64,000 nt of DNA, from NCBI GenBank assembly GCA_963693365.1, contig CAVNZM010000015.1, forward strand, positions 3,162,001 to 3,226,000, read 5' to 3'. Both the position numbers and the translations under genes were made by a program. This document shows positions 63,559 through 64,000 of this stretch, in pieces. Within the stretch, counting starts at the first letter, position 1, and the number at the start of each line of letters is the position of its first letter. This DNA is from Amoebidium appalachense (lineage: Eukaryota > Protista > Ichthyosporea). Below the pieces are notes generated by a model that had not been told where the DNA came from, did no database searches, and saw only the letters and a program-made list of their open reading frames with translations.

Positions 63559-63783
63559 CGCACGCGCTTGATGGTGGTGGTGGTGGCCGGGGGGGGGGGG
63601 GGGGGGGTTTGAGAAGTGGTCGGGGATGATGGTGGGGTGTTTTTCTTTTTGATGCTTAACTATGGGGGGGGGGGGGGGGGGGGGGGGGGAAGTCAGCAAG
63701 ACTTCGAACACCAAATTGCCCTTCTGGTTAGTACCTTGATTTTCTCTCTATTTAAATTTTGGTGGTGGTGGTGGTTGTTGTTG

Positions 63784-63824
<41 letters not shown>

Positions 63825-64000
63825 GTGGGGAGGGGGCGGGGGGGGGGGGGGGATGGAGTGGGGGATTTCTGTGCAGACTATTTTCTAACAAGTGCGAGGT
63901 TGCAGTCGACATGGAGGTGCCAGCCGGCACTGTGGGGATGATTGTGGGCCGCAGCGGTGACACCATCAAGAACATTCAGAACGAGTCGGGGGCAAAGGTC
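58832..64000 (+). CDS. Multi-KH-domain RNA-binding protein (FUBP/KHSRP/PSI-like), 3'-incomplete. Exons 58832-58855, 59575-59689, 60303-60399, 60959-61023, 61386-61466, 61819-61913, 62576-62725, 63217-63385, 63906->64000
   Basis: All phases match. Three KH GxxG loops: AGYIIGSKGDTIRRLE, VGLIIGRGGEKIRELQ, VGMIVGRSGDTIKNIQ. Bipartite NLS-like VKR..PPAKRQ. Confidence 0.9.

Overview
Intron-rich eukaryotic DNA with canonical GT-AG introns packed with (C)n/(G)n runs and (CA)n/(GA)n microsatellites; the organism cannot be named from the sequence. Most ORFs in the supplied track are low-complexity artefacts. Genes assembled by hand from splice sites and reading frame: a degenerate carbohydrate-binding gene (~0.96-2.8 kb, +); IMP4 (5000-19421, -, 9 exons, 287 aa); a MARK/AMPK-related kinase (21933-26868, +); an intronless Ser-rich protein with a PH/GRAM-like C-terminus (-); a long multi-exon gene joining PPR repeats to a C-terminal DEDDy 3'-5' exonuclease (37117->56717, -); and a multi-KH protein (58832->64000, +). 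IMP4 intron 1 holds a 5'-truncated Penelope-like RT of the CxC (Naiad/Chlamys) type. About 19 short 5'-truncated retro-copies of three related subfamilies (A, B, C) lie in introns, nearly all ending at a C-rich run and all sense to the host gene. Top finding: the longest copies of all three subfamilies keep every hammerhead core nucleotide (GUU site, GAAA, CUGANGA), but in a strand order that is none of types I/II/III. The three helices covary between subfamilies and a k-turn sits 13 bp from the core. This is a candidate rewired, pseudoknotted hammerhead ribozyme. The folding was done by eye and activity is untested.
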